IMG/VR virus record: IMGVR_UViG_3300045988_180675
Coordinates: 1-64,000 of that record
From: a virus
DNA length: 64,000 nucleotides
Strand: one strand, 5' to 3'
Shown: positions 8,974 to 18,606 of the stretch, piece after piece
Layout of the letters: each line of letters starts with the position of its first letter
Numbering within the stretch: position 1 is the stretch's first letter
The notes under the pieces: model-generated
Database searches by the model: none
The model's input: the letters and a program-made list of their open reading frames with translations, nothing else
Told to the model about the DNA's origin: nothing
Position numbers and translations under genes: made by a program

Positions 8974-11478
8974 TTACTTTCTCTTTTTGAATACAAATAA
9001 ACTTGTTGCAAGTGCAGCGACAGCTGTGAGTGCATAACCGAATACATTAGTTCTAGCACCTGTTTCGATAGCGTTGCTCTTTCCAGATGCGTCCTTCTTT
9101 GTTTCGTTCTTTGTTTCTGTAGGATTTGTCTGATTCTTCTTATCTTCTGGCTTATTTGTATCTTCAGAAGGTTTGACATCTTCAGCTGTCAATCTTTCGT
9201 ATTTCGCATACAATGTTAGATCTTCAGATAAGATATATTCTGGATTGGCTGGTGTTTTCATTTCTGGATCAGAGTAAATTCCAACCAATTTGAATCCATC
9301 AATATTCAATAAGTATCCGCCTTCATCTACTTGGAAGCCATTGTTTACAACGATCTTTCTATTCTTCAAAAATGTCCATGTCCAATCATCGTGACCTTCC
9401 ACATTTGGTTTGATTGTAAACTTTCTAGCCTCAATCTTGCCATCAGAAGGTTTCGCTGGGTCTACAGGCTTAACAGGATCCACTGGGTTTGCTGGCTTCT
9501 CTGGCTCTGGAGTAGGTTTTGGATCCGCTGGTGTTACTGGTTTAGTTGGATCCGCTGGGTTTACTGGCTTCTCTGGTTCAGGTGTAGGAGTTGGCTTAGG
9601 TTCTGGAGTAGGAGTAGGCTTTGGATCAGCTGGATTTACAGGTTTAACTGGTTCCACTGGCTTAGGCTCTACTGGCTTTTCTCCTGGCTTAGAAGGTTCT
9701 ACTGGCTGAACTGGTTTTTCAGGTTCAGGTGTAGGTGTAGGTTTTGGCTCTGGCTTAGCAGGATCTACAGGTTTCACTGGATCTGCTGGATTTACAGGCT
9801 TCTCTGGCTCAGGTGTAGGTGTTGGTTTTGGTTCTGGAGTAGGTGTAGGCTTAACAGGTTCTGAAGGATTTGTCTCTTCAATCTTTTCGAATTTTGCATA
9901 CACGATCGTATTAGCCTTGATTGGCTTACTCCAGTCGTATTCCTTTGTCATTTCTTCATTTTCGAAATAGCCAATGAACTTGTATCCCTTTGGAGCTGAA
10001 GTGTCAGTTGGCTTCTTGACTGTAGAGCCACTATTTACTTCTAACTTATCAAACTCGACGTTTTCGATGTTTGCTCTAATCTCGAAGCTATATTTTGCAA
10101 CTTCTTGTTTTGTGAATTTCGCATATACAGTTGTATTTTCTGTAATTGGCTTGTTCCATCCTGTATATGGTTGTGTCATTGCTTCATCCTTGAAGAAACC
10201 ATCGAATGTAAAGCCTTCTGGTGCATTTACTGTTGGTTCCTTAACTGATGTACCACTAGCAACCTTTGCGGAAGAGAACTTTGCTTCTTCGACATTTGAC
10301 TTGATGATAAAGTCATATTGAGCCTTATCTTCTCCAGTTGATGGAATTTCTGTTTTTGAATATTTCGCATATACTACAGTATCCTTTTGGACTGGTTTGC
10401 TCCAGTCGTATGGCTGAGTCATCTCACGATCAGAGAAGAAACCATCAAATGTGTATCCTGCTGGTGTTTTGATTTCTGGTTGTCTGATTACTGTTCCGTA
10501 TGCTACAGTCTTTTGCGGTTCAGTCTTTACGGCGTCAATGTTAGCTGAGATATAGAATGTTACGTCATGCTTTGCATAATTTACGTATACAGTTGTATTT
10601 GCTGTAATTGGAGCATTCCAATCAAATGGTTGCGTCATTGCTCCATCTGTGTAGTAGCCTTCTACATTATAAGGACCATCTGTAATATGTGGTTGCTTTA
10701 ATGTTGAGCCATTCTTAACAATCACAGTATCTTCATTTGAGTTTCTACCAGAATCATCTCTTCTGACTCTTCCTTCTCTTGCTTCTACAAAAGTCACAGA
10801 ACTTGTATTTGTACGAGAAGCGCTTGTATCAAACTTCTTTAAGTATACTGTTCTATTTTCGTATAACGAAGCACCCCAATCCAAATATGGTGTTGTCATT
10901 TCTCTATCTTCGAAATAACCGCCTGCACCATCAGAAGACATCTTGACGCTCTGTCCTGGATCGAAATAATTTTTTTGACTCCTTGTCTTTTCTGGAATTT
11001 CGTTTCCATTAGCATCAACTGTAATATTTACAGTCTCAATGCAGACCTTCTTGGATGGGAAGACATTGTATCTAGCATAGAACGTCATATCCTTTGTTAC
11101 TGGTTGATCTAATTCATGCTTGTATGCTGGCGTCTTCATTTCAGGATCCTTATATAATCCTACATACTCGTACATACCATCTTCTAATGAGATCTTTGCT
11201 TCTGGTAACTTCAACTTACCATTTTCTTCAATCTCTACAGTGTCATACTTAACCTTATCGGTATTTGAAATAACTTTTACAGTATACTTCTTTACCTTTG
11301 GTTTTTCTGGTGTTGTAGGTGTTGTAGGACTTGTTGGAGTCGCTGGTGTTGCTGTTGTAGTATTTCCTCCCGTTGCTTCTTCAGCCATTACGACTGTTTG
11401 GGCAATAGGGGAAGCTACGGTTAATGCACTTGTTCCTAATAGGACTGTGCGAAAAATCTTCTTCTTAAAGTTTTTCAA
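8974..11478 (-). CDS. large wall-anchored surface protein with Listeria-Bacteroides-type (Flg_new-like) repeats
   Basis: TTG start with an AAGAGGAG RBS, and a signal peptide. At least 6 repeats of the type GYTFDGFFSDREMTQPYDWSKPVQKDTVVYAKY. Long PTPEPEKPV linker. C-terminal IETGARTN + TM + KKRK. Confidence 0.8.
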   Translation of the reverse strand: MKNFKKKIFRTVLLGTSALTVASPIAQTVVMAEEATGGNTTTATPATPTSPTTPTTPEKPKVKKYTVKVISNTDKVKYDTVEIEENGKLKLPEAKISLEDGMYEYVGLYKDPEMKTPAYKHELDQPVTKDMTFYARYNVFPSKKVCIETVNITVDANGNEIPEKTRSQKNYFDPGQSVKMSSDGAGGYFEDREMTTPYLDWGASLYENRTVYLKKFDTSASRTNTSSVTFVEAREGRVRRDDSGRNSNEDTVIVKNGSTLKQPHITDGPYNVEGYYTDGAMTQPFDWNAPITANTTVYVNYAKHDVTFYISANIDAVKTEPQKTVAYGTVIRQPEIKTPAGYTFDGFFSDREMTQPYDWSKPVQKDTVVYAKYSKTEIPSTGEDKAQYDFIIKSNVEEAKFSSAKVASGTSVKEPTVNAPEGFTFDGFFKDEAMTQPYTGWNKPITENTTVYAKFTKQEVAKYSFEIRANIENVEFDKLEVNSGSTVKKPTDTSAPKGYKFIGYFENEEMTKEYDWSKPIKANTIVYAKFEKIEETNPSEPVKPTPTPEPKPTPTPEPEKPVNPADPVKPVDPAKPEPKPTPTPEPEKPVQPVEPSKPGEKPVEPKPVEPVKPVNPADPKPTPTPEPKPTPTPEPEKPVNPADPTKPVTPADPKPTPEPEKPANPVDPVKPVDPAKPSDGKIEARKFTIKPNVEGHDDWTWTFLKNRKIVVNNGFQVDEGGYLLNIDGFKLVGIYSDPEMKTPANPEYILSEDLTLYAKYERLTAEDVKPSEDTNKPEDKKNQTNPTETKNETKKDASGKSNAIETGARTNVFGYALTAVAALATSLFVFKKRK
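9440..9870 (-). repeat. in-frame Pro-rich repeat region (coding)
   Basis: Near-duplicate blocks encoding PKPTPTPEPKPTPTPEPEKPVNPADP.KPV.PA.P. This region generates the long spurious antisense ORFs 9331..9864 and 9410..9709. Confidence 0.8.
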
Positions 11479-11546
11479 AATCGTTTTCTCCTCTTTTCGC
11501 TTCTGCGTTCACTATTTATTATGCTATTTTTTCGCTTAGTTTCAAC

Positions 11547-11576
11547 AAAAAAACTAGGATTTCCTAGTTCTTTTTA
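11547..11576 (-). terminator. intrinsic terminator
   Basis: AACTAGGA-tt-TCCTAGTT 8-bp stem plus U-run. It contains the stop codon of 11564..13405. Confidence 0.65.
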
Positions 11577-13405
11577 TTTTTTAATACAAACAATCCCGCA
11601 AAGAGTGCAATCACTGCCGTTGATAGTGACAAGAAGATGTTTGTTCTTGCCCCAGTTTCAATGATGTTCTTTTTGCTGTTCTTTGTTTCTTCTGTTGCAT
11701 TTTCATTACTATTTCGAGATGTATTCTCATTACTATTTTGTGTTTCTGTAGTTTGTTTTGATGCAGAATCTGTTGGTGTAGCTGACTCTTCAGGCTTAAC
11801 AGGTGCTTCAGGTGTTGGTTCTGCTGGAGTATTTGGCACCTCTGGTGTTGGGTCAGCAGGCACTACAGGTTGGTCTTCTGTTGGTGCTTCAGGAGTTGGA
11901 TCCGCTGGTGTTTCCTCTACTGGAGTAGTAGGTGTTCCTGGCTGTTCTGGACTAGGAGTCTCTGGTTGAACTGGTGTTTCAGGTGTTGGTGTTGGATCCA
12001 CTGGTGTTGGCTCTGCTGGAGTTTCAGGCGTTGGGTTTGTTGGGTTAGCAGGTGTTGGATCTTCATCGTTACCGCCATTTACATTACCAGAATCGCCTGG
12101 ATTTGCTGGATTTGCAGGAGTTTCAGGCTCTGGTGTAGGTGTTGGATCTGCTGGAGTTTCTGGTTGAGTAGGAGTTTCTGGCTGTGTAGGCGTTTCCTCA
12201 ACTGGGTTAGCAGGTGTTGCTGGTTGCTCTGGTTCAGGTGTTGGAGCAGGAGTAACAATCTTCTTGTATACATGTACTGTATCACCATTTTCTGCTGTAC
12301 GAGTTTCTACAAACTCATAACCATCAAACGTTTCCTTATCATGTACACCATATTCTTTTGGTTTTAACTCTGTTCCATCTTCTGTTACGTATTGCGTATA
12401 ATCAATACCTACATGAAGCACTCTATCTTTAGGATCTACTGTACCACCTTCAACAAATGTAGCTAGTCCCCAATCACGCACGAAGAACGCATCCTTCTGG
12501 ATTGATGAAGTGCTAAATAGGTCCTTTAAATCATTGTAAATCACATCCGCATCGTAATCTAAGTATCTACTGCCTAAATCATCCCCGATTGTGAGATTAA
12601 ATGTGCCAATCTTGTTACCGATTTCTCCCTGTGTGATTTCTACAACTTCACCCTGCTTTAAATTTTCATCAATTTCAACGATTGTATCGTAAGGAATCTC
12701 GTCATTTACAGTTGCAGTTATCTGCCAGTACCCAGTTCCGCCTGTGGCAGCCATATCACCTAGACCCATAATATCATGAGTAAAACGTGAATCCTTTTCT
12801 TCAATCGGATAGTCAAATACATATCTATTAGGGTATGCAGTCTTATCAAAACGTTCCCCGCCATCAAAATCAACTGGTAAAGTAACGTTACGCTCTATAA
12901 GCTCTGTACCATCATCTGTTACAAATGTTACTTGTTTTGCGAACATATACTTACCCATAGAATAGTCTGGTCCATAAGGTTCAGCAGTTGACAAATCAAA
13001 GACTTCTAAATCTTGCCAATTCTTGATATGTACTGTTTCTCCTGCATGGTCTCCTTCACCTAATACAAAGTCGTAGTCTTTATCTAACTTGGTCTTTGTT
13101 GAACGACTTTCAAATATAGATGTGAAGTTGTTTCTTCCTGGGAATGTATAGTTACTATGACTTACGTTGTTTGTGAGTCCTAAACTTGTTCTTGCACCAT
13201 TTGTTGGATTAGTTGCTAAGAACTCTGCAAGTTTCTGACTCTCTTCTGGCGTCAGATCCGCCTGTGCGTGTGCCTTAACTGTATTACCGCACAATAATAC
13301 AGACGACATTAGTAGCGACGCTCCAATGCCAGCTTTCTTTGGTAAATTTTTTTTTTGTTTCTCATCTTTTTCTCCTCTTTCTAAACAATGTCTACATTGT
13401 GACAT
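11564..13405 (-). CDS. wall-anchored surface protein; 5' end out of frame with its RBS-supported ATG because of an A10 tract
   Basis: Pro-rich ETPTQPETP linker, a GYEFVETRTAENGDTVHVYKK module, and C-terminal IETGARTN + TM + KNKKN. The track start at 13405 has no RBS. A strong AAAGAGGAG RBS serves the ATG at 13365, which is +1 out of frame across A10 (13347-13356). Confidence 0.7.
   Translation of the reverse strand: MSQCRHCLERGEKDEKQKKNLPKKAGIGASLLMSSVLLCGNTVKAHAQADLTPEESQKLAEFLATNPTNGARTSLGLTNNVSHSNYTFPGRNNFTSIFESRSTKTKLDKDYDFVLGEGDHAGETVHIKNWQDLEVFDLSTAEPYGPDYSMGKYMFAKQVTFVTDDGTELIERNVTLPVDFDGGERFDKTAYPNRYVFDYPIEEKDSRFTHDIMGLGDMAATGGTGYWQITATVNDEIPYDTIVEIDENLKQGEVVEITQGEIGNKIGTFNLTIGDDLGSRYLDYDADVIYNDLKDLFSTSSIQKDAFFVRDWGLATFVEGGTVDPKDRVLHVGIDYTQYVTEDGTELKPKEYGVHDKETFDGYEFVETRTAENGDTVHVYKKIVTPAPTPEPEQPATPANPVEETPTQPETPTQPETPADPTPTPEPETPANPANPGDSGNVNGGNDEDPTPANPTNPTPETPAEPTPVDPTPTPETPVQPETPSPEQPGTPTTPVEETPADPTPEAPTEDQPVVPADPTPEVPNTPAEPTPEAPVKPEESATPTDSASKQTTETQNSNENTSRNSNENATEETKNSKKNIIETGARTNIFLSLSTAVIALFAGLFVLKNKKN
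13385..13400. promoter_or_regulatory. perfect inverted repeat ACAATGT-N2-ACATTGT (candidate operator)
   Basis: Seen directly, just upstream of the RBS of the surface-protein gene. Confidence 0.3.
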
Positions 13406-13450
13406 TTTTCATTGAATTTCACAAGTAAAATGCACTTAGAATTTGATGTC

Positions 13451-15478
13451 CTAAATGTATTTCAGTTTTTTATTTTCGAAATCAGCTGGAAATGCATAAC
13501 TTTCGATATTTCCATCGACACGAAGTTGGATCGTGTTTCCCTTGTAACTTACCACGGTCCCGACTCTTCCATCTGCAAGTTGCACCTTTGTTCCTGCTAA
13601 CTTTCTGGTGATAGCTGGGGCAAATTTTTCTTTATAACGTTTTAAGGTCTGTAACATGAATTCAGATTCATTTCCGCAGCTCGTTATAAACAGATAATCC
13701 TTGGCTCTTGTCATTGCGACATAGAGAATTCTTCTTTCTTCTTCTTTTTCTGCCTTCTCTATCGCATTTTTACTTGGCAAAATTCCGTCGTTGACGCCGA
13801 TTAAGAACACAACTTTCCATTCACAACCTTTGGAACGATGCATTGTTGTAATACATACACCTTCGCTATCATTCTTATCATTTTCTTGACGGATCATGTA
13901 GGTGACTCTATTTGCGTAATCCAACCATTTCCCGACTGTTTCATACTTTAAAGCATCATTCTTTAGCTTTTCGTAATCTGCCATCGTTTCATCAACGTCA
14001 CCATTTTTAAATTCGGTAGAATCTTTTAGATACTTTCTGTATCTGAGTTTTTCCAAACCATTGAATACTTTTTCGCATGGTGTATCTCGATTGATTTCTC
14101 CTGGTCCAAACCAGTTTATTAAATCAAAAATAGATTTTTCTGCGGTTGCATATTTCCATGCATCTGGCTCATTTTTAATGTATTGAATCGCATTTAACAA
14201 TGCATCTGTATTGTATTCGACATCTAAGAATGGTTGTTGCTTTAAAAATCTGTTTGGTCTATTTAAGACGTGTAACAAGTTCTTATGCACGCTCTTGCCC
14301 ATAGACAAATCAATATACGCTTTGATATCTTCGAATATATAATCTTCATAGACTGATTTTATTTCTTCGGTAGAATCGTATGGGATACGAGCTTCAGATA
14401 ATGCTTGTACAGGACCGTCTGCTTGTCGGTTGTTTCGAACTAATACAGCCATATCCCTGAAGGCGATTCCTCTTTGATGCATCAACTTGATTCTTCCTAC
14501 AAGATCATGCATCTCTGCCCCACGGCTTTGATAGCTATTGTATTGGATATGACCTCGTTCCCCATTCTTTCCACGTTCAGAAATAAAGTCCTTTGGGAAT
14601 CGTTTAATATTCTGCGTGATTAAAGTTTCTGCAATATTAACAATGTTTTGTGCTGAACGGTAGTTTGTTGACATATAGATGGATGTAGCATTCTTAAAAT
14701 CCTTGTCGAAGTTCATCATAATGCTTGAGTTAGCACCTCTAAAGGAATAGATACACTGATCATCATCTCCTACGACACAAATATTTTTTGTTCGCTGAAT
14801 GAGTCCATACAAAATATCACGTTGGATCTCATTGGTATCCTGATACTCATCGACCATGATGTAATCAAATCTCTGCTGCCATTTCTTTAATATCTTTGGA
14901 TTTTCAACAAACATTCTTTGACATTGTGTCAACATGTCATCGAAGTCGATTCTATTTGTTATCTTCTTTTCATTTTCGTAAGCCTTATATACCTGTATAA
15001 AATAACTTGTTTCACAAGATTTTGCCTTGTATGTCTTTAGATTTACATAATTGTTTTTGATTAATGAAATCTCATTTAAGATATTTTTTGTTAGTTCCCA
15101 AGCATCTGCAACGGTCGGGTCATTTTTAATGTAATTCAAAATAAAATCACGTTTTTCATTTTCACTAATGATGTTCTCTTGTGTATAACCGTATTCTTCT
15201 TTTAAGATCAAAAGACATAATCCGTGAATGGTTGAAAAGTTGACACCACCCTGTTCGCCAAATTTCTTTTTGTATCTGGCTTCCATTTCGTCGGCAGCCT
15301 TCTTGGAGAAAGTTACCATTAAAACCTTTTCTGGATCGACACCTTTTGAGATGATATTGCCAATTCTATTGATCAATGTTGTCGTTTTTCCAGAACCTGG
15401 ACAGGAAATCAAAATCACAGGTCCTTCTGTTGTATTGATTGCTTTTTCTTGCGATGGATTTCTTTTTAGCTTCTCCAT
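13451..15478 (-). CDS. UvrD/Rep/PcrA-family (SF1) DNA helicase
   Basis: Walker A CPGSGKTTTL, motif II VDEYQDTN, TNYRS, TMHRSKGCEW, LYVAMTRAKD. 675 aa. Confidence 0.9.
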   Translation of the reverse strand: MEKLKRNPSQEKAINTTEGPVILISCPGSGKTTTLINRIGNIISKGVDPEKVLMVTFSKKAADEMEARYKKKFGEQGGVNFSTIHGLCLLILKEEYGYTQENIISENEKRDFILNYIKNDPTVADAWELTKNILNEISLIKNNYVNLKTYKAKSCETSYFIQVYKAYENEKKITNRIDFDDMLTQCQRMFVENPKILKKWQQRFDYIMVDEYQDTNEIQRDILYGLIQRTKNICVVGDDDQCIYSFRGANSSIMMNFDKDFKNATSIYMSTNYRSAQNIVNIAETLITQNIKRFPKDFISERGKNGERGHIQYNSYQSRGAEMHDLVGRIKLMHQRGIAFRDMAVLVRNNRQADGPVQALSEARIPYDSTEEIKSVYEDYIFEDIKAYIDLSMGKSVHKNLLHVLNRPNRFLKQQPFLDVEYNTDALLNAIQYIKNEPDAWKYATAEKSIFDLINWFGPGEINRDTPCEKVFNGLEKLRYRKYLKDSTEFKNGDVDETMADYEKLKNDALKYETVGKWLDYANRVTYMIRQENDKNDSEGVCITTMHRSKGCEWKVVFLIGVNDGILPSKNAIEKAEKEEERRILYVAMTRAKDYLFITSCGNESEFMLQTLKRYKEKFAPAITRKLAGTKVQLADGRVGTVVSYKGNTIQLRVDGNIESYAFPADFENKKLKYI

Positions 15479-15505
15479 TTTATAACATTCTCCTTTCTTA
15501 TTTTG

Positions 15506-16741
15506 TTATAGTGAGAACCATTTTGAGAAGAATGATTCTGACTTTTGCGATTCTGCCTGCTTCTTTTGTAAAGCAGCCTTTTCTTCGACTTCACGTCTTT
15601 CTTCTGCCTTACGCTTTTCTTCCTCAATTCTCTTCTTTTCTTCTTGTTTTTTCTTAAAATCTTCTACTATCTTTTCTTGTTCTTTTAATGTTTTACAACT
15701 AAAGAACTTGTTGTGCTTTTCTCTTTCTACTTTATGTTCTTCGAGTGAAGCACGACATGGGGCAAAGAAAGAGGTTTTATATTTTCCTCTTCCAACATGC
15801 ACTGGATGTTGCCAACCGTAGTATCTAGGATACGCATCCAATTCAGTCCCAACAATTTGCTCTAGTTCTCTATAACGAGCGAAACGTTCTGCCTTCGAAG
15901 AGAATTCATATTTCTTTTCATCGCCATATTCTAAAAACGAATCTGGGTTTTCTCTTCTGTATTTTTCAATTTCTTCTGGGGTTGACTTTAGTCCCTTGAA
16001 TAAAAACAATCTTGATAATCTGTTTTTTTGCTTCTTAAACAATAATTCTCTGAGGTAGCCTTTTGCATCATCCGTTAGTTCTTTTGAATTTGGTTTTATT
16101 TTTTCTATTTCCGCAAAGTATTCTTTTGATTCTGGTGTTGCGAACAAGCCTCTTTTCTTTATTGCGACATCAAGAATCTTTTCAAATCTATCTTCCAGCA
16201 TCAATTCAGAAACCATCATCCCCCGACACATTTTGTCAGAGTCTGTCGGATAAAACTTACCAGTTCTCGCATATAGTCCTAGTGTATATCTATACTCGTT
16301 TATATTGATATTATCCATAATAGATTGCATTGTGATCGGAGGAAAGGCTTCTTCGAGCGTGATCTTGCCAGAGAGAATGTCTTCATAGACTGGAGTCGGT
16401 TGTAGAACTCCGATTGTATTTCTTTCTATTCTCTTCTTTTCATACTCTTTGTTTTTTTCGTATTCTTCTCTTCTTCTTTCTTTTTCTTCCTGCTCTACCT
16501 GTTCATCTATTCTAGCTTTTGCATCCTTTCTTTCGCTACTTACTTTTTGGGAAATCTTATCACCTGTTACCATCGGGAATTCTTTTTCGATGTGTTCTTT
16601 TAGGTCGGAAAAAACATAAACATCTTCTACTGTATATGTTCTTCTTCTGTAGAAATCATCAACGAGTTCAAGAAGTTTTGTTTTCGATATATATTCTTCT
16701 TTTTCTGATGGAAGTAATACCTCCTTGCTTTTGTATTTCAT
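15506..16741 (-). CDS. hypothetical protein with K/E-rich coiled-coil segments
   Basis: 411-aa ORF behind a TTGCTAAAAAGAATAT-type promoter at about 16765-16795. Confidence 0.55.
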   Translation of the reverse strand: MKYKSKEVLLPSEKEEYISKTKLLELVDDFYRRRTYTVEDVYVFSDLKEHIEKEFPMVTGDKISQKVSSERKDAKARIDEQVEQEEKERRREEYEKNKEYEKKRIERNTIGVLQPTPVYEDILSGKITLEEAFPPITMQSIMDNININEYRYTLGLYARTGKFYPTDSDKMCRGMMVSELMLEDRFEKILDVAIKKRGLFATPESKEYFAEIEKIKPNSKELTDDAKGYLRELLFKKQKNRLSRLFLFKGLKSTPEEIEKYRRENPDSFLEYGDEKKYEFSSKAERFARYRELEQIVGTELDAYPRYYGWQHPVHVGRGKYKTSFFAPCRASLEEHKVEREKHNKFFSCKTLKEQEKIVEDFKKKQEEKKRIEEEKRKAEERREVEEKAALQKKQAESQKSESFFSKWFSL

Positions 16742-16795
16742 AAAAAATTTCCGACCTTTCTATACTTTATATTATATTCTTTTTAGCAAATAATG

Positions 16796-18037
16796 TCAAT
16801 CTAAGTCATCTCCATCATCAACGACTTTAGACTTATTCATCTTAGCAGTTAAAAGACTCGTTTCACCTTCGGAGTAGATTGCTGGATCATCATCGATCTC
16901 GGTGTTTTCTGGTGTTGGATCATCATATTTGATATCTGTATTTAGGCTTGGAACAGAAATATTGTCCACATTTAACTTTTCTGCTTCGCCTGAATCGAAG
17001 TCATTAAAGAAGTCATCATCATCTGAAGATTCTACCTCATCGACATATCCATATTCATCATCATCATCTTCTTCGACGGTTTGTGTCTTTTTGGTTGTTG
17101 ACTGGGCGTTATTTTTTCTTGAATTCCACTTTGTAAATCCAAAAATACCACCAAGCAATGCGACAAGCAATAATAATCCTCCCATTGGGATGCCTTCTTC
17201 TTCGGAATCATCCGTTGCAGGCTGTTCTTGCTTTTGATTATTTTCTTGTTTATTTTCCTGTTTCTGATCTTCTTGGGCTACGATTTCCTCTTTACTTCCA
17301 GCGTATGCCTTTTTTGTGAATGTAACTGGAATTGATGTCTGAATTGACCAGTTTCCCTCCATTGCCGTTGCAAAGTCGATTTGTAAGTAGTTATCTGTCC
17401 ATGTAAGAGAGGAATTTAGGCTTGTTCCCTTATCCTTCATCATGACAGCTGTTTTACTGATCGGTAAGGAATCTCCATTTGGAGCGATCAACACGATTCT
17501 GGATGGAATATCTGTTTTCCCATCTCCATCTTCATCTGTAACAAATCTGATGATTACAGATACAGGATTTTGAGGATCATACTCTAATGTATATTCAGTT
17601 GCCTTTGCCAACACAGCAGCATTGCTCTCTTTACTTTCTTGGGCTGTAGTAGAGGCGGTGTTGTTAGTTGTAGGCTCAGTCCCCTTTTCTTTTTCAGCTT
17701 TTTGATCTGCTAGTTGTTCGGCAATTGTTTTTTGACTAGAATCTGTGCCTTTTATATTCGCCAATTTTTCTAATTTACTATAGTTTTTGATCGATAATTT
17801 TTCAGCCATTTGCATATTTTGGTATTCAACCATTAGATTAGCGACCTTTTGTTTTTCTTCTGTTGTTAGTGTTTCTGGATCATCTGGTAATGAAGCCACT
17901 TCATTATCAAACTGCTCAGCCGTCATAGACGATGTTTCTTCTGCCATAACGATATTTGTATTCATCTGTATTGCGATTGGGGATAACATGGATAGATTCA
18001 AAGCAAATACTGATGCCTTCAATAATTTATTTTTCAT
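16796..18037 (-). CDS. secreted, membrane-anchored protein with acidic cytoplasmic tail
   Basis: Start moved to MKNKLLKAS (ATG 18037, GGAAGGAAG RBS). Signal peptide, one C-proximal TM (GGLLLLVALLGGIFGF), then a ~100-aa D/E-rich tail. Confidence 0.6.
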   Translation of the reverse strand: MKNKLLKASVFALNLSMLSPIAIQMNTNIVMAEETSSMTAEQFDNEVASLPDDPETLTTEEKQKVANLMVEYQNMQMAEKLSIKNYSKLEKLANIKGTDSSQKTIAEQLADQKAEKEKGTEPTTNNTASTTAQESKESNAAVLAKATEYTLEYDPQNPVSVIIRFVTDEDGDGKTDIPSRIVLIAPNGDSLPISKTAVMMKDKGTSLNSSLTWTDNYLQIDFATAMEGNWSIQTSIPVTFTKKAYAGSKEEIVAQEDQKQENKQENNQKQEQPATDDSEEEGIPMGGLLLLVALLGGIFGFTKWNSRKNNAQSTTKKTQTVEEDDDDEYGYVDEVESSDDDDFFNDFDSGEAEKLNVDNISVPSLNTDIKYDDPTPENTEIDDDPAIYSEGETSLLTAKMNKSKVVDDGDDLD

Positions 18038-18084
18038 AACAAAAACTTCCTTCCTCATTCTCATTCTATATTATGCTATTTTAT

Positions 18085-18120
18085 AAGAAAATAAGACCTA
18101 GTTTTTATTAGGTCTTACTG
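18085..18120 (-). terminator. intrinsic terminator
   Basis: TAAGACCTA-gtttttat-TAGGTCTTA 9-bp stem. Confidence 0.6.
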
Positions 18121-18144
18121 TTTTGCTAATATATTTCTTCTTTT

Positions 18145-18600
18145 CTAGTCAACTATACACTCAACTTCATCTGTAAGTGTAACATCTTTACTCTCATCTT
18201 CTCTATAATGCACTTTTACTTCGCCAACAACACGCAACTTATCGCCTTGCTTAACTTCAGTATCTAAGTTGATAGTCGCTACACCAAAAATCATGTCATA
18301 GTCATCTTCTTTTAGGAACCTATACACATCGTAAGCATTGACAATCTCATACCCAAGCATCTCATCATTTTCGTTGTATACTTTCAAAACTAAATGACCA
18401 ATACTTGGAAATTCTCCAACTCTTACATCAGTGTTCTGGAAGCGATAGCTGACTTCTAGTTTCTTATGATTTGTCGGACCGACATAAGGTAATCTCAACT
18501 CTGCGATATATTGTGAACTCTTCTTTGTTATGCCACAACCTGCAAGTGTTACTATACACATCAATGCACAAATCAATTTTCTTACTTTTTTAAACATCAT
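18145..18600 (-). CDS. lipoprotein
   Basis: Lipobox TLAGC, AGGGGGAT RBS. Confidence 0.6.
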   Translation of the reverse strand: MMFKKVRKLICALMCIVTLAGCGITKKSSQYIAELRLPYVGPTNHKKLEVSYRFQNTDVRVGEFPSIGHLVLKVYNENDEMLGYEIVNAYDVYRFLKEDDYDMIFGVATINLDTEVKQGDKLRVVGEVKVHYREDESKDVTLTDEVECIVD

Positions 18601-18606
18601 ATCCCC

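Noticed and set aside
9331-9864. Long plus-strand ORFs (9331..9864, 9410..9709; likewise 3932..4288, 3943..4236, 11637..11969, 11870..12367) with Gly/Ser/Val or Trp/Arg/Cys-rich repetitive translations.
   Set aside because: They are antisense read-throughs of the Pro/Thr/Glu-rich linker repeats of the minus-strand surface proteins. They have no RBS, and their composition is a mirror image of CCN/ACN/GAA codons.
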